A DNA stretch of 64,000 nucleotides, taken from NCBI RefSeq assembly GCF_044704955.1, contig NC_091997.1:33046001-33110000 (forward strand). Direction: 5' to 3'. This document shows, piece by piece, positions 36,854 through 52,504 of the stretch. The notes below the pieces were generated by a model. It saw only the letters and a list, made by a program, of their open reading frames with translations. It searched no databases and was not told the origin of the DNA. This stretch comes from Pristiophorus japonicus. Lineage: Eukaryota. The position numbers were made by a program, and so were the translations under genes. Position 1 is the stretch's first letter. Each line of letters starts with the position of its first letter.

Positions 36854-39800
36854 ATTGTCATCGCAAAGTGTTGGATATTAGTCAAACAGAGGAATCTCTG
36901 GCATTTTTGCTGCCTGAAGAAGTGGTCTCTCTGGCAAAACATGTGCTATGGTGCGAAGATGTGGAAGTATGGTGCCACTAACAATGCCTAGCGCGGATTG
37001 CTAGTGCAGAATAATTGGAATATACATCTGTCTAATTGCCTATCCAACCCATATGTGGATAGACCCTAACATAACAATTTCGGTGCAAGCACGTGTATGA
37101 ATAGCATGGCAACGGGTTTAAATAGTTCAAATTATGCATATTTTTCTGGGGGCAAATACGTAATTTTTGAATTGTATTGTGATTGCAAAAGTGACTAGTT
37201 GGATCTGCTGTTGTAGTCTTTAAGGTCCAACTGCGTTGTTAGATAAAATAGATCGTTTATACACATAGATAGATGGATAGATATATAGGTAGAAACACAG
37301 ATATATGGGCAGTTTTGTAAAGTGTTTCGCCAGTAATATCTCTATAGTCTTTATCTATTCAAGAGATTATTTCAAGTTTTTAAAACAGAGAAATGGGAAC
37401 TAGCATGAAAATGAGCACGATTAGTTCTGTAGTGCATTCGTTTTGTTTCGTGAAGTAACATTTATACACTTATGATTATGATCTAAGGGAAACAAACAGA
37501 AGATCACACACTCAAGGGTCAGAGCCCTTTTCTTTCGTCCAATGTCAAGTTATCAAGGCTTGTAGTCTTGCAGCACTGGTGTTATTTTATTTTGTTACAA
37601 TGCAATTGATCTAACATAAAGGATAATGTACATATTACTCATGGTTGCTCAGTCTATCACAACGTTACTTTATATTAAATAAAAGAGGCCGTGTCGATCT
37701 TACTGCAGCTAGGCACATCTTACTCTATCTCATAGTATTTTTAACTGGACGCAAGTCTCAAATTAGACCCTTTGCTCTGGACCGGGAAGCTTTGGCATCG
37801 TTCTCACCCTACTGTGGTTTGGTTCGTTTAAATATAAAAGTATAAACTGAGCGAGTTCGCGTAGATATTCTTCAAATCGTTCATTTTCACTGTCAGTTTG
37901 CGGTGTGGGGTACCTGCAAATTTAGTATCGGCTACTGTTTAAAACACACGCAGAGACGCACACACATCGGTCACTTAACCCGCCGAGTGATTTGTAGAAT
38001 CTAAATGCATCAAGGGGGAAAGGAAAACATTTTAACCACAATTGGATATCAGAGAGTGTTCCAAACACGAGCTGTAGCGGATTGCCGATCGGTATCACGG
38101 TGTGTAGTATTGTAAAGGAGTTTGACTTGTTTTCCTGCTCATCTGCATATTTCCAGTGTGTTAGGAAATGAGCCAAACCGGGGGATACAACAAAGGAGCT
38201 TGTTACTGTTAAAGATGTCGGAGCGTTTATAACTGCACTTAAACTAGTAGAGTTGCTGGGATTGCTGCGTGCCAATGAGCTAGGAGCTAAGGGCCCCATT
38301 TCTTGTATAATTAGGCCGAGTGAAACCTCCGTCTTTAAATCTAAATGAGGAGTTCCCACTCAAATGGCCTGCAGCGACCCCGAACGACGGGACTTTTCCC
38401 ATTCATGATGCCAGTTTCTGCTGTTTGGAGACAATCGCCATTTTTGGTTGGCAGGGAAAAGTCTTTAAACATATAAGTATATAAATTCGGAATATACAAG
38501 AAAAGCCCAATAATATGCTCCAATAAAAACATATAAACTTATCATTGCAACAATATATCAGCATAGATACTACAAATGGAGCAATAAAATAGCTTATCCT
38601 TTTTATAGACTTGTATTGTAAAAATGCAGTTCCTATTCGTTGTAGCCAAGTTAAATTTTGCATCTGTTCTCCCTTATAGATACAATCGCTTTTAATATTG
38701 GAACACATCTATTTTAATTAACCACATAATAATGAAAACTGCATTGTTGCTAACCGTTTGGAAGTGCACATTTTTACTTTATTGAGAGTGAAACAGTAGA
38801 CGATATTAAACAATCATTTTTAAGCTACGGCTTGTACATTCCAGAATGTTTTGGTTGTTAAAGTGAGAACATTACAAGAATCCAATGGATATCCAAAATT
38901 TCAGTTGGATCGGGACGGAGTAATGGCGCTGTGAGTGCCAGATTATCGCTTCAACGAATACTGAGTCTTTGAACCTGGCTTTTAGCATTTGCACAGTGAT
39001 ACACTGGCCGATTGACAGTGTTCAGCTTAATAAGACGTACATAATTATGAGGTATACCTCAGCATGCTTTGAATAAATACATAAAATAATTTATTTGCAC
39101 AAATAAAATAACAAAAGTTAATTTTCTCATAGTTCGCACACTTGATGGATTTCAGAAAAAAACAAGTGCGTTGCATTTTGTAAAATCTATTATTTTTCAG
39201 TTGAAAGCAATATCTATAAATAGAGTTTCTTAAAAGAACATATCGAATAAATATAGCTCAAAAGTTTAGTAATTAAGTATAGACTATCTTAGCAATTCCT
39301 ATTTATAAATAAGCCAGGCTTCGGTCACAGTAGCTGCAGAGACGATGGGCCGCTTGTTTCATGATATATACAACATTCACCAACATATGTAGGTGTGACT
39401 TCGTCCTCCTGATTCAAGCATCCGTTTTATACCAATTTACAGATGCTGACTCTCATACTGCACAATCTTTCTTTTACTCTTTAGCATCTTAACGATTTTT
39501 TCCCTGAAAAACAAGTTTTAAAGTACACGTTCTTAAAGTGTAGAATATTGTCAAATTATTTTTTTCTAGTTTACTCCTAAACTTTTCAAACTAACGTGGA
39601 GGCAAATAAACTTTTTCAACGAGGGTGCAAGCTAGAGAATAAGGAAGTTATGTTAATACATACAATGTTTGTCAAGGCAAGTAGAATGAAAATACAAAAT
39701 GATGTTCAAATGTGTACATACTTTGAAATTTAAATGCCACGATGCAAACAACCAATTTAAGGACAAAAGTGACGCTTTATATTGACCTGTTCTAACATTT

Positions 39801-41687
39801 GGATATTTTCTCACTTGTACCCACAACATGGTGGATTATAGTTTAGCCAGGTTTCTGCAAGAATTTAAGAAAATATTTTTAAAACGGGAGGATCCTTTTG
39901 GATATACTGGCTATAGCGAGGCCCCAGGCATCGCATGAACGAATAAGCAGATATTATCCTCAGCCTATGATTTGCTCAATACCCAGAAACTCTCTTGTGA
40001 TATTTTAAGGGACCACAGTCTATCTGACAGTCCACTGCTATTCAGCATAACAGCTCCAAAATTCGGACTGAAATGTCAGTCAAGTGATTCCTGAGTCCAA
40101 ACAAATGAACATCTATTTATATTTAAATTAATTTCTTCCTGAATTGAATAATGCAGTTTATTGCATTAATTTGATAAAATCAAAGATTGACAAAAAAACG
40201 TGTTTAGCATTGCGTATAAATATTTCGCCACTTGTTGTAATCTTTTCGCACTGCCTTCGCCACCGCTCGCCCTGAGGTTTGACTAATATCCAAATCTTTT
40301 CAACTCCACAGTCTTTGTTCAGCTGAATCACATAAAATCAAGTTATCTCACCAACCTTCGAATTGAATTTCTTGCAAAGTTAAACATTGTTAGTTTCCAT
40401 CAATGAGTTACATTGAGAAATTGGTGGGGTGAGTTGTCTAGCCGAACCGTTTCCTATTTTTATAAGCCCTTCACTTCCCTTTAAATGTTGTCCGTATTTC
40501 GCTATTTTCTTGTACCTATTTTCAAGTCGAATGCAGTTTTAGAATTTTCATTCACAATTTCTTCCTATTTTCATGATACAAATATCTTTCTTGACACCGA
40601 TTCTCACGGAAAGGGCGGCTCCTTACACAGATTGTAAAGATAACGGGGCAAGACGTGGCTTTAACTGAACAACTTATAACATGTAACAATTTGTGTATAA
40701 GTTTAAAACAATTCATAGTTATTCAATCGTTCACTGTAGTTCATTGTGGTTTAAATATAAACTTTCCGTCTTCCTTTGCTGTAAAGCAGTCTTGTGAGTA
40801 ATTTAAAACCACGCAGCCTTATAATGCAGAATAATCCGTAGCCGTGTCTTTAATGTAACTGTGAGCTTTAAGATATCACAATGGGAACAAAAGGAAGTTC
40901 TTGGTTGAGAATGCAGGAACGGGCACAACAAACTATCTTTAATCCAATTGGTTCCTAGCCCTGCTCAATTGTGGACTTTTGTCGCGATTAAAATGTGAAA
41001 GAAAAGTAACGCATTGGCTTGTCACGGTTTGTGATGTGTATTTTCACCACAATCTCTGCTGTATAAAGTTTACATTTACCGCACGTTGAACTCACACATA
41101 TTTCACTCAATGGCTCCAGAACCTCGGGCTAATGTTATTAACTCAAAAATGTGCGTTTGCAAATCGCCAAACTCGGCACTTTCTTGCACCCATCAAACAC
41201 AAATATCACAAGAATGATCTGTTAGGATGATTGCATTTAACACTTTTTATGTTATTGGTCTAAGATGATAACAGTAATAATAAAACTGACGATTATGAGA
41301 CCTGGTGTGAGAATTTGTCACACCACAGAAGATTAATTAGGAAGCAAAATAGTTCCTTCAAAGATTGCCTTTTAAAGTTAATCCGGTTTTTGTATTTGAA
41401 GGAAAGTTGTACAATATGTATATATGTGTGGTGCTGTTGGCTGTTTAAACCCTCACTTCAACGCTAAAACTATTTAATACGGGGGCGATGTTAATTGTTT
41501 AACCCCCATTGCGGATTGATTTACGTTTTATTGTCGCTTTGCCGGTCTCATGAAAACTTTAACCAATCATTTCGCAGAGAGCCCACAACATATTAGCTAA
41601 CTCTACTTTGTTAGTTGAGAAGTTGAGAGAACAATTTCTAGTCTTACATATAATTTCCCAATGAATCGAAGTGTATGATGTTTGACA

Positions 41688-42204
41688 ATGTCGATATCTG
41701 GCGCGATTAGTAACTATTTTGTCGATTCACTCATAAGTCATGAGAGCGAGGGGACGCCTGCAGCAAAGTTTACTTCTGGGCAATATATAGTCTCCAGACA
41801 GCCGGGGCTCCCTGAGCACCCCGATTTTCCTGCCTGTAATTTCCAGCCGAAATCTCCCGTGTTCGGCACTTCTTGGGCCCCCGTGTACTCTCAGCCCTCG
41901 GCCAATGTCTCCACTTTGTATCATCCGTACGTCCAGTCTCACCCCATCCCGCCTGACAGCAGGTACATGCGGTCGTGGCTGGACCCGACGCCCAGGGCCG
42001 TGGCCGTTCCCGGGATAACTTCCAGCGGTCACGATGCACTGAAAACCGACTCACTCGCCGGTCACCGCGGCGAGACCTTACCAGCGGCGCTGCAGAAATT
42101 ACATGCCGAATCTTTGGAGGGCGAGACGATCAGCTCGGGGAAAGCGCCCGGCTTTGCAGACAATATATGTGAAGAGAAGGCAGACAAAGAAACATCAGAA
42201 CAAA
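41688..42204 (+). CDS. HoxB9: Homeobox protein Hox-B9, exon 1
   Basis: MSISGAISNYFVDSLISHESE (HoxB9-type start), FPACNFQPKSPVF, YHPY and RYMRSWLD. Donor A|GTAAGT at 42205. Confidence 0.95.
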
Positions 42205-42894
42205 GTAAGTTGTTCGGGAAATGTACTTGACTTGTCTCAGAGTTAAAATAGTTAACCAAACTCACGCCAAAAACGCGACTGAAATAAGGTTCTAATTAAA
42301 AGGCAGTTTGCTTCCAGTTTAGCCACGAGTATTTAACTGGTTTTATATTGCTTGTTATTTTATGCGCCTCCGTTCTATTTTATGGCTTACACAAGTAACC
42401 ACCTGCAAACCTTTAATGACGGGTTTGCCAGTCTATCCTCCACTAGGCAATAAATACATGACGAAGGAATACAACTTTTTCTCTCCCTTGTTATTTTCTG
42501 TTTGAATCAGTGTTCGGAAGAACGGTGAGCAAAACTGTGCGGCACACCATCTTTTTGTGAAACCGTTGAGAGAGGGAACAAAAAGAAAGCAGTGCTGTCT
42601 GGTTTGGCGTTTTCTTCTCAATTGCAACGGTGGCAATAAACTGCACAAAATAGACCATCCGAGGGCGCCCAGCGCTTTCCAGTTTAGTAATACCCTTTAC
42701 TGAGGGAAAGACGCTTAGGAATATGACCACAACACACACCCCCGCTATCTCAACACTTAGCTTGATATAATTTGGGGGGGGGGACCTCCTCCCCCTTACG
42801 CATTGCAACGTTAGAAGTGCATTGAAGAAATATGATCACATTATAATTCTTAATTCTGAACTGAATTGTTTTCTCCTGCTCCACTCATCTTCAG

Positions 42895-43136
42895 GCAATC
42901 CTTCTGCAAATTGGCTGCACGCTCGCTCGACAAGGAAGAAAAGGTGTCCTTACAGCAAGTATCAGACTCTGGAACTGGAGAAGGAGTTCCTGTTCAATAT
43001 GTACCTCACCAGGGACCGGCGGCACGAAGTAGCCCGTCTTCTCAACTTGACTGAGAGACAAGTCAAAATCTGGTTTCAGAACAGGAGGATGAAGATGAAA
43101 AGACTCAGCAAGGAGCATGTCAAAGAGTTCGAGTGA
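42895..43136 (+). CDS. HoxB9: Homeobox protein Hox-B9, exon 2; spliced product 252 aa
   Basis: Acceptor TCAG ending at 42894. [66 protein letters not shown]. Confidence 0.95.
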
Positions 43137-45738
43137 CTCGCTTGTTGAGTAGGACTGTGGCGCGCAGCTAAGAGTGCTGTCACTGCAATATATCGGTAAA
43201 CCACTGTAGTTCTGAGAAAAGCGACATCCTTCCACGGCAAAGAATAGCCAGAATGTAAGCTTTTAACATTCAGCAATTCGGCTATTTATTTCGAACATTT
43301 TAGTGCATTCATTCAGGGAATAGAGTCACGTGCAAAGGATTTTATTGCAGGATATTAAGAGATACAACTTCCTCTCATTCTCATCCACTATAACAGTCAC
43401 AGAGAGAGCAACGAGCATTCATCCCCGCTACGTTTTCTCTCTTTATGGCTTAAAAAAAAAGAAACTTCAGGTTATTTATAAATTATTACAATGTATGTGA
43501 CTGTTTTGGCGCGGGACCGCGATGGATCGCGCTCCAAAGCAACCTTTAGCTAAAAATGAAGGGATCTTTTTTTTAACTTACGATTAAATATATATTTTTA
43601 ATCTTTGTTGTTCGCAATGATTTAACACGACTTATTTCCAATTGTTTACATGCAAAGGTGAATGTTTATAATCCATTTCGATGACACGTCGCATTGCTGT
43701 CGTTTTTAAGGGCTGTTTTCCCGATCCTGTATCTGTCTGAGTTGGAACTTTGATTGTCTCAATGGAAATGTGGTTACTATTTAAACCGATTGATGATATA
43801 CTTTGCGATCTCTATTTCTGTAGACTTTAGTCTGTGTGTTTGAGTGCGTGTGGGTCTGTCGTTTAGGTTTTAATGTGCAGCGCAAGACTCCTGCGGTTTA
43901 AATTTGTAGCTTTCACATTTGGGTGCCTGTATCCTTTGTTAAGTGTTTGTATAACTAGGGGTAACTACCACGTGGCTCTTTTAAAAAACATGGTTTAATA
44001 TTGTAGTAAGCAGGTTTAACTGTGGTCGAAGCGAACATTGAACAATCTGTAATATAGAATTTCATGACATTTTAGAAATAAAACTGTTTAGGAATAATCT
44101 GGAGAAGGGGTTCGAATTATAATTGTCTACCAGGTTGCACAAAAGGAGGATGACAACCCGGATCAGCTCCTAGGGATAAAATGTAGCGACAATAACATTC
44201 CAACTTGTTTGATATTCTCAGCATCTCTCTGTCTCTGTCCGGTGTGGAGCTGGTGTATATATTCCGGGTTTTGTAGATTTTGTGCAGATTTTACATTTAA
44301 GGCGAACGAACCAACTGCTTCACATCGAAGCGGCCGGATTCTCGGGGGCCTTTACTCTTAGTTTGATTTTTATCCGGAGCTATCCGACTTCAACAGCGCG
44401 CGGTTGCACTATTTTAATGTGATTTATCATCAATAATATTAGTGATAATAATCAGGCATGGAAGCCACTGAATGGCGTGCACCATTTTGAACCCACCGTT
44501 CTCTGGACACCTAACATCACAATCAGTAGATGGAAATATATGAATGTATTAAAACCGGCTGCAAAAATAAAATGCTGCTGAAAATTTGAAACGGATGTTT
44601 CCGCGTGACCTTGCTTCTCGTTTCTGTAGTCTTGCCTCGGTCCTGGTTGTGAATGTGAACCCCAGTCTGTGCTGAGAACTAGGCCCCATTTTTTTAAAAT
44701 AGAAGGGGGAAAATGAGCTTATTTATGAAGTAATCTTGGTGAATAATTATAACTAGAGAACGAGAAGAACTATTTGGAAACAGGCGTGTAAAGTCGATTC
44801 CTAAAGTCTCAACATGGACAGCGTATTTCTCTGATAGAGCACGGGGCAATCATTGGGGGCAAAGCCAGTGTTTATACCGGACACAGGGACATGAAGTAAT
44901 TCAGTAATTTTATCTTACAATTCATGGTCTTTTCCGATAAATCCTCTCTAACAGTGGACACAATGGTGGGTCCTCAATAGAACAGCCCAGAGAAAGGAAT
45001 GTGCGCAATTACGGGGAAGAAGCATAAAACTAGGCAAAGTGTCCAATAAATAATGCTAAATCAAAATGCCACCATCTTATGAAGGAATATTAACCGGGGT
45101 GACTCGCCGAGTAAGACGCAGTCTCAAGTTGTTGTCTCAAGTTATAAGATGCAGAAACTCTAGTTTCATCCCAGGGAAACTACTCGACATCCAGTAAGTT
45201 GCTCACTTACGTTCCATGCTTTTATCGTTACAGGATCTGAAATATCAGCTATTTTGGGATTTTTCTTAACCCATTAATTAACTCCGCACTAAACAAATTA
45301 CGAACAAAAATCCTGACCGTTTTATCTGCTGTTTACTTTGCCTGTTTCATCGTCCAATACAGATCATAAAGTATGTAAGTTCATCACTTAGTATTTTCAA
45401 CACGTTGAATCTTAAGCATCACGGTTATTGGAACAAGATTAAAAGCTTGGGGAATTCGAACGCAAAATCTAACGTATTTATACATGAAGGAGATTATATG
45501 TTCCGACAGAATTTACATCAACTATTAAGAAATAATTAATCCGTTTTCCCTTCTGCCGGGTTCCTTGCACTGTTCACTATTATAATGAATGTGCTAAGTA
45601 ATATTCCTCTAGCCCACCTATTTATGTTGAATTTTCAAACTCATTTCAACACTTTTTGGAACTTTAAATTCACCTCTTTATTTAGCGGATAGAGGGAATT
45701 TATGGAAAAAGCCTTGTTACTCAATGTACATTTTTTGC

Positions 45739-45812
<74 letters not shown>
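45739..45812. repeat. (ATCT)n tetranucleotide microsatellite, followed by an assembly gap (45841-46006)
   Basis: Direct reading of the sequence. Confidence 0.95.
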
Positions 45813-48800
45813 TTAACTATCTGTATATTTATGTATCTATNNNNNNNNNNNNNNNNNNNNNNNNNNNNNNNNNNNNNNNNNNNNNNNNNNNNNNNNNNNN
45901 NNNNNNNNNNNNNNNNNNNNNNNNNNNNNNNNNNNNNNNNNNNNNNNNNNNNNNNNNNNNNNNNNNNNNNNNNNNNNNNNNNNNNNNNNNNNNNNNNNNN
46001 NNNNNNTATAGAGAGATTATAGATGAGAGTTGTAAAATGACGAGAGTAAATTAATGCAGAAACCGATCTGCTAGCCGTTACATCCATATATATATAATCA
46101 CATATTGCAAAAGGCTTTGAGAACCACAATTTAAAAACGAAGAGAAATATTACTGAATCAATTATAAAAATTACCATGAGGAATTTGCACCCAAACAACT
46201 AATAGGGACATTTTCATGTAATGCCTTTAACTTGCAGACAATTACATGCTAAACAAAAATGCGTTCAAAAGTGATATGTATAAATCTCTGATAATAAGGT
46301 ACATATTTCACCATAGTCGAAAGAAAAGTTGATCAATTTCATCGGGTGTACAGGGTAGATGACATTTCTGACAACGCAGCAAGGGATAATTAGATGGGAG
46401 GGAGCGGTGCTCGCCACCTTAAAAGCTTGCTCCTTAAGTTGGTTTAGTGGAAGGGCAGCTATGGATATCTCATAGCCATGTTAAAAAATAAATCTATGTA
46501 AAGACGCATTAACACCTTCTTATTAATGTTTGGGGTTATGCGGCCGTTCGAAACTGCTTTTACTGGGCGAGATTAAAATAATTACAGTATCAGCATGTCG
46601 TACAGTAGGATTAATATAATATCAGATATTCTCATTTCAATATTTTTTACAAACACAAGAAACGAATACAAAAAGAAAGCATAAATGAGTCTTGCATGGC
46701 GGAGGAGGAGGAGTTAGGAAGGTGTCTGTCATTATAGGAAATTCAGTGTGGTGTGCTGCAATAAAATAATATGACCGTTGTAAAAGTTTATAGGGTATAA
46801 ATTTCTGAAGGTTAAGAATTGAACGTCTGTAAAACAAACACAGCAAAGGGAAAACTTTCAGAACCTATTAAATTAAACTCACAATTGGAGGTGGCAAGCA
46901 ATAAAAATATGGCTTTGTGTTTTATTTCTGAGGGGTAATAGAAAGGAACTGGATTTTTTTAAAGGGAAAATCCCGGTGAAGATTGCGGTGCAACCAACAT
47001 GCTTTTTAGAATCTAAAGCAAGCGACGCCCTCTTTTGTTTTACTTCCTAACCATTTCAGGCTGCCAGAAACTACTGCAATAAAAAGCTATACAGAATCTG
47101 GCGAGACGTCTGGAGCGAGGTCCTTGGATATGTTTACAGCCCAGCGCCCATGCCTGGGACTTTATTCTAAAGCAGAATGCCCAATTGTTTCGTCTCGAAG
47201 GTGGAGACAATAGAGTTCTGAAAGCTTTCTTTCCCTCCTTTTTTTTCTTTTGCTTCTTCCTCTTCTTTACTGCCCATTGGCAATTCAGGTTGTTAGCAAT
47301 CCGCTACAGCACGACACTAAGGATGTCGTTTATTGGTACAGTCTACGGTTGTATGTGACGATGGAATTGAAGAGCTTAAACATTCTTCCTCCAACGCGGT
47401 TTGGGTCTAATGAATTCTTTATATTCAAGATTTTATCGCTCTATTGCGCATATTTGCTAATGCTTTTACAACATGTTCTTTCTTAAATGTCCAGAACACT
47501 TCTCCTTGACAACAGTAGGCGGCAGCATTGTTCCACCAAACTCAGGCGTGGCGCTGCACCGGACATTAGTCCTGGAGTCCAGGATTCAGTCGATATAACA
47601 CACATGTAACAGGCATACAGCTCCTGCTTCAATTCTCCCCTGCCCTTCCTGCTCGATCCTGTTGCGTCATATTATAAGAATAAAATATTTAAATACTCTT
47701 ACTAAAACTTTGCCCCATCAACTGTTTTGCTGAGTATTGGCAAAATGTCACTAAAGCTTATTCGCAATTATCGTCGTTACAATGTGTTCATCTGCGCCAC
47801 GTTTTAAGCAGTTTTAATTTTTATTTTCAAACACCTTTATAAACCCGAGAAGGAAAAAAAACAAGATCATCCATTTAGGACAAGATAGTGCACAGTATGA
47901 GGCTACCGTCAATAAATAAAAGAGGGTTCCATTATAGCGAAATCACGAGATTTGCTGCACTTGGGAAATATATACATTTTTAAGGATTCGGACTTTTAAA
48001 TGTGCGTGCGCAGAGCTGACTATCTAACAAACTGTATGTTGACTTGCAGTTGGCTATTCTAAAACGATGCATGCATTGGGAAAATAATTTGTTATACTTC
48101 TTTAAAGACATAAACAAGTTACGTCGAAAGATGCTCCAAGTGTACATTTTCATTTCTGAATGCGTAGCGTCCAAATGAACTTTCAACCCCGTTATAAGTC
48201 TCACATCTCAGTGCACATACCTTTCGATTCAATCTGCCCTAGACTGTTGTACATTTATTGATTATTGTTTGTGTGACTGTCTTCCTTTCAACAAACCATA
48301 TACCACACATTTTCAGTGCAATGACCATCCGCATGGGCATTTCCTCCAGACCGTGCACATTTATTCTTTCTCAGATTTTATTGATTTCGTTTTTTTTCTG
48401 TTGCATATTTTTAGAAGATACACAGTTTAGGTGACCACCCCCTGTCTGTCTGTCTCTGTATTTAAATCAAACGGTAGTCCTGTGTTATATATAACAGAAA
48501 GGGAGGTGTGCAGCAATCCCGTGCAATAGGGTTTGCGCGGAACGGGACTGATGCAACATTATCTAAAAGCAAAACTGGAATTCCGCCCAAGATAAATGCA
48601 AGACTATACTTCAGTTAGGGTTGTTCTTTCTCTTTCTCTGTCTCTGTCCCTGTTTCTTTTTTCGTGTCTGACTTTCTCTGTTTCATTTTCCTGCACGATC
48701 ATATATATTTTTAAATAGATAACACGTTGTCTATAATTTCAGTAAAAGCGAAATATAACACAAGGATGCTGAATACAAGCATTTTTTGGTGATACTTTAT

Positions 48801-51800
48801 TTTTGACTCGTAAAAGTCTTCACATGATTCACCCACGAGCTACAGACATAGAATTAGATCTATATTACACACACACACACATATATAGATATATATATAT
48901 ACATATATAAACAGGATTACCATTTTTCAAGTGGAATCCCACTGTACATTTACGACGTGTGTAAGTGAGTGCTTTGTGTGTGTTTATCCATGTGTATATG
49001 TATGTGTGGAAGTAGTTAGCTCTCTGTTTCTACTTTTGTGCGTTTATACATAGTTTATTAATAGCACCATAACAAACATGCGGTTTTAGATTTCAAACTT
49101 GAAAACTTTGGTAATACTTTCACTTTTGTACAACATAGCAGCTTTCTATTAATTTCAGGTTAAATTCCAGTACTATGCTATGCATCTGCTGAAAGTATCA
49201 ATAATGTCCCAACTGATTCAGTAGGTATAAGGATACATACACAAATATTTGTGTTACTCCATCTTCTATAGCCGGCAACAGAATTACACAGGGATGGAAA
49301 TTAAATGGAACAACCAGCGCCAACACCTATAACATTCTATCTCGCCGAGCTGCTGCATATTTATCAAAAATAATAACGTTCTGCCTAAGTGCGGGGAAAC
49401 TACTTCAGTTGCATGCATATATTTTCAGAAATACACGTAAACATATCTGTAAACAGACTAAAAGTAGGCTTATTTTCTGAATAGATTCGGAAATAAAACT
49501 CATCAGTATTTGAAAATGTAATTGTGTCAGTGTGCATGATAGATGCATGGAACATCATATTACGCACACACGTGTATACGTGTGTGTGTGTGCGTGTGTA
49601 GAGAGAGAAAGATAATATAGATGGAGATTGTCCAAGTAAAATTCACGATATTTGAATGCTGTCATTGCTAAACTTAGGAGATATATATTAATACTTTCTA
49701 ACAAAATCTAACTACATCCATAAAATGATGCACTTTGCTGATAAAGAGATTAAACACATTAAAAGAACAAGGAAGCACGGCAAGCAATCGTAAATAAACA
49801 GACCAGAGCCATCGAAACCACGTCACGGCCACAATACATAATAAAACAATCACGTGGGTCCTCACGGACCGGACACTCCGCAAGTTGTAGATTTTAAATG
49901 TTTTTGCAGTCAGAAATCTTTTTCGAAAAGCCTCAAAAATTCTGCAGATAATTAACCAGTTGCGAGATGATCCCGTTTAAACAAGGCATTTTTGTGCGAA
50001 CTTCACGATATTGTTAAGTAGCTGGCTGGTCTATGTTGCAGTTATGTTGCATTTTAAAACATATTTTTTATCACTTTAAATTCTAACATTTGTTCCGTTA
50101 TATTTAACATTATTTCCGGTAAATTCGAGCGAAATTGAAGCAGAATTTAATCATCTACAGACAATTGAAAGGATCATTGCCAAAAGCGAAAGTAAAAGTT
50201 AATCTGTCAATCGGAAAGTGGTCCTATAATCTTAAGGAAAAACACAAAGTAACATTAGATTATTTTAACCAGAGTCTGAGAAGCCGTGCACCAGTAATCG
50301 AAGAGGAAAAACTTTTGAAGAGGAACCTTTCAATTAATGATTATACTAGTAGGCTTCATTCAGTCCCATTTCTGATACATTTATTTTTTTCCAGAAGGCT
50401 AATGCTACCGATACAGAAAAGCAAATTATTTAAACACAAGAACGCTCGCAGAATCGAATCATTTTTGAAAGTTCGTAACGTCTTTCATACTCTACGCTTT
50501 GTAAAGGCATTCCAACATCTTTTCATCACAATATCCTTCTACGGGATAATTTCATCAGTTGACCACATTCCGCAGGCCACACGTGCAGTATGTTCATAAC
50601 ATTTTCTTATTTTCATTATTTTACTGCATAAGCTGTACTCGGGAACTTTGGACGAGCGGTGGTACTTTTGCAACACCGGTGCGTTCAGTTTCTCTCGATC
50701 TGACGCATCCCATAATATCACAGAACAGAGTGCAAATCTGCAGCCCAAGAACCATCAGTTTTTCTGCAACACTCACTTATTGAGATTGAAAATCCATTGT
50801 TTATATATTATCGATAGATAGACAGACAGAGTGATGCTCAGATAGATAAACAAATAGGTAGGTAGAGAGACTGGGTGATAGAAAGATGCCTAGTAAGTAC
50901 ATGCATATGTAAAGTTTGAATATTGTTATATATTGCGTGTGCTAGTTGTGAAAGTACATTAGCTCAGCTACCCGAAAGTTTCAGTTACACCTTGCATTCA
51001 AGCAAGTTATGCTTTAACTAACTTTTAAACTGTTATCAGGGCGTAAACTCGGTTGTTTTGGACCAGACTTAGGTGTACAGAGGGGCATTCCGAATGCTAA
51101 CACAAAATATGCCTTTTGTAAATAATTGAATTGTATGATTAGATTTAGTCTGCTTCGGGAGATCTGCCAAGGTGGGACAAATCGATGATAACTTATTGAT
51201 TCTTCACAAAATAAGAGTATTAGATTTGTTGTGTAGGGAACCGGTTTGGCGTCACAACCCGAGGCTCCCTGTGAGCTGGCGTTAGGAAATAGCTTTCTTT
51301 CAATTGTCAAAAATAAACCATAACACTTCAACATAATACAGGGTCAGTATGATTCACGATTATGGCGTCCCGTTAGTGGTTTAATACTAAATGAGCAGTT
51401 TGAAAAAATGAGTCAGAATTACAACACTTTCCCTCAAGTTTATACCTGATTTTAGAATGTAATGTCAACTCGTTGTAAATAACGACTAGTATATATATAT
51501 ATATATACATACTTGATATATCAAATCTACATAGTATTTACGATAAAGAGAAAATGGATTCGAAGCAAGTTCATGCGCGTCTTTAGTGAGCGTTGTGCTT
51601 TTCTGCATAAACCGTTTATTAGAAATCGCTGCACTTGTTTTCAGTAAGAAGCCTGTGGGTCGGAAACTAAAACTCTCTTAACGAGCTCAAATTTGCGGTG
51701 TAATTTGTCACCCAATAACAAATAGTCCCGTATTTTTTATATATATATATAAAGTGTTGCTGCTTTGTAGAAAAACAAATTGTTTAAAAATAGTAAACGG

Positions 51801-52504
51801 GAACAGCGCGTCCACTTTCAGCAAACCTGTGTTTTACTGCTCCACACAGAGCGTCTCATAAAAACACTAACTGCCGTTCACTGCATGTTATAAACAATAA
51901 CAGGCTGTGCTTTTATTGCGCTTTATAGTTCCTTAATCTCTTCCCTATAGTTCTCAGATGACTGTTACTGTTCCACGGTCCGTCCAAGCACCAGATAAAA
52001 GGCTTTATTAATAATAGGACAACGGATCATTAAATTGTTAAATACCACTAGATTCCCCCTATTCCTGAAGATAAAACCATTTTTTTGTAAATTATCCCAA
52101 ATAATTCGCGTCTGAGTGCGACTGGACATGTCACTGCGCTGCAATAACTTGGGAGGAAAAATAGCAATTAGACCCAAAGTTGATGGTAATTAGATTTCAG
52201 GTTTGCTACTGTACTTCCTCATCTTGTTGATGTAACTCTGACCTTTAAAAGAGTCGCATATTCTCATTAAATGGTTTGGAAATTAACGTCTGGCTGTCTA
52301 CCCTTTACTTCACAACAGCATGGATACTTCCCCTTATCAATCTTTGGGTGGCGTATGTATTTCATCTGTTGTAAAGCGGCTGATATCCCTGTAATGAACA
52401 TGGTTGAATATATTAATCCGCATATTCCCCCTCTCTATCTTTCTCTCATTCCCTCTCTCTCTCTCACCATTCCCCTTTCACGCGGTGCGGTGTCCGTACG
52501 GAGT

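Noticed and set aside
50135-50599. 154-aa ORF between HoxB9 and HoxB8
   Set aside because: TTG start, AT-rich composition and no recognisable motif; probably a chance ORF.
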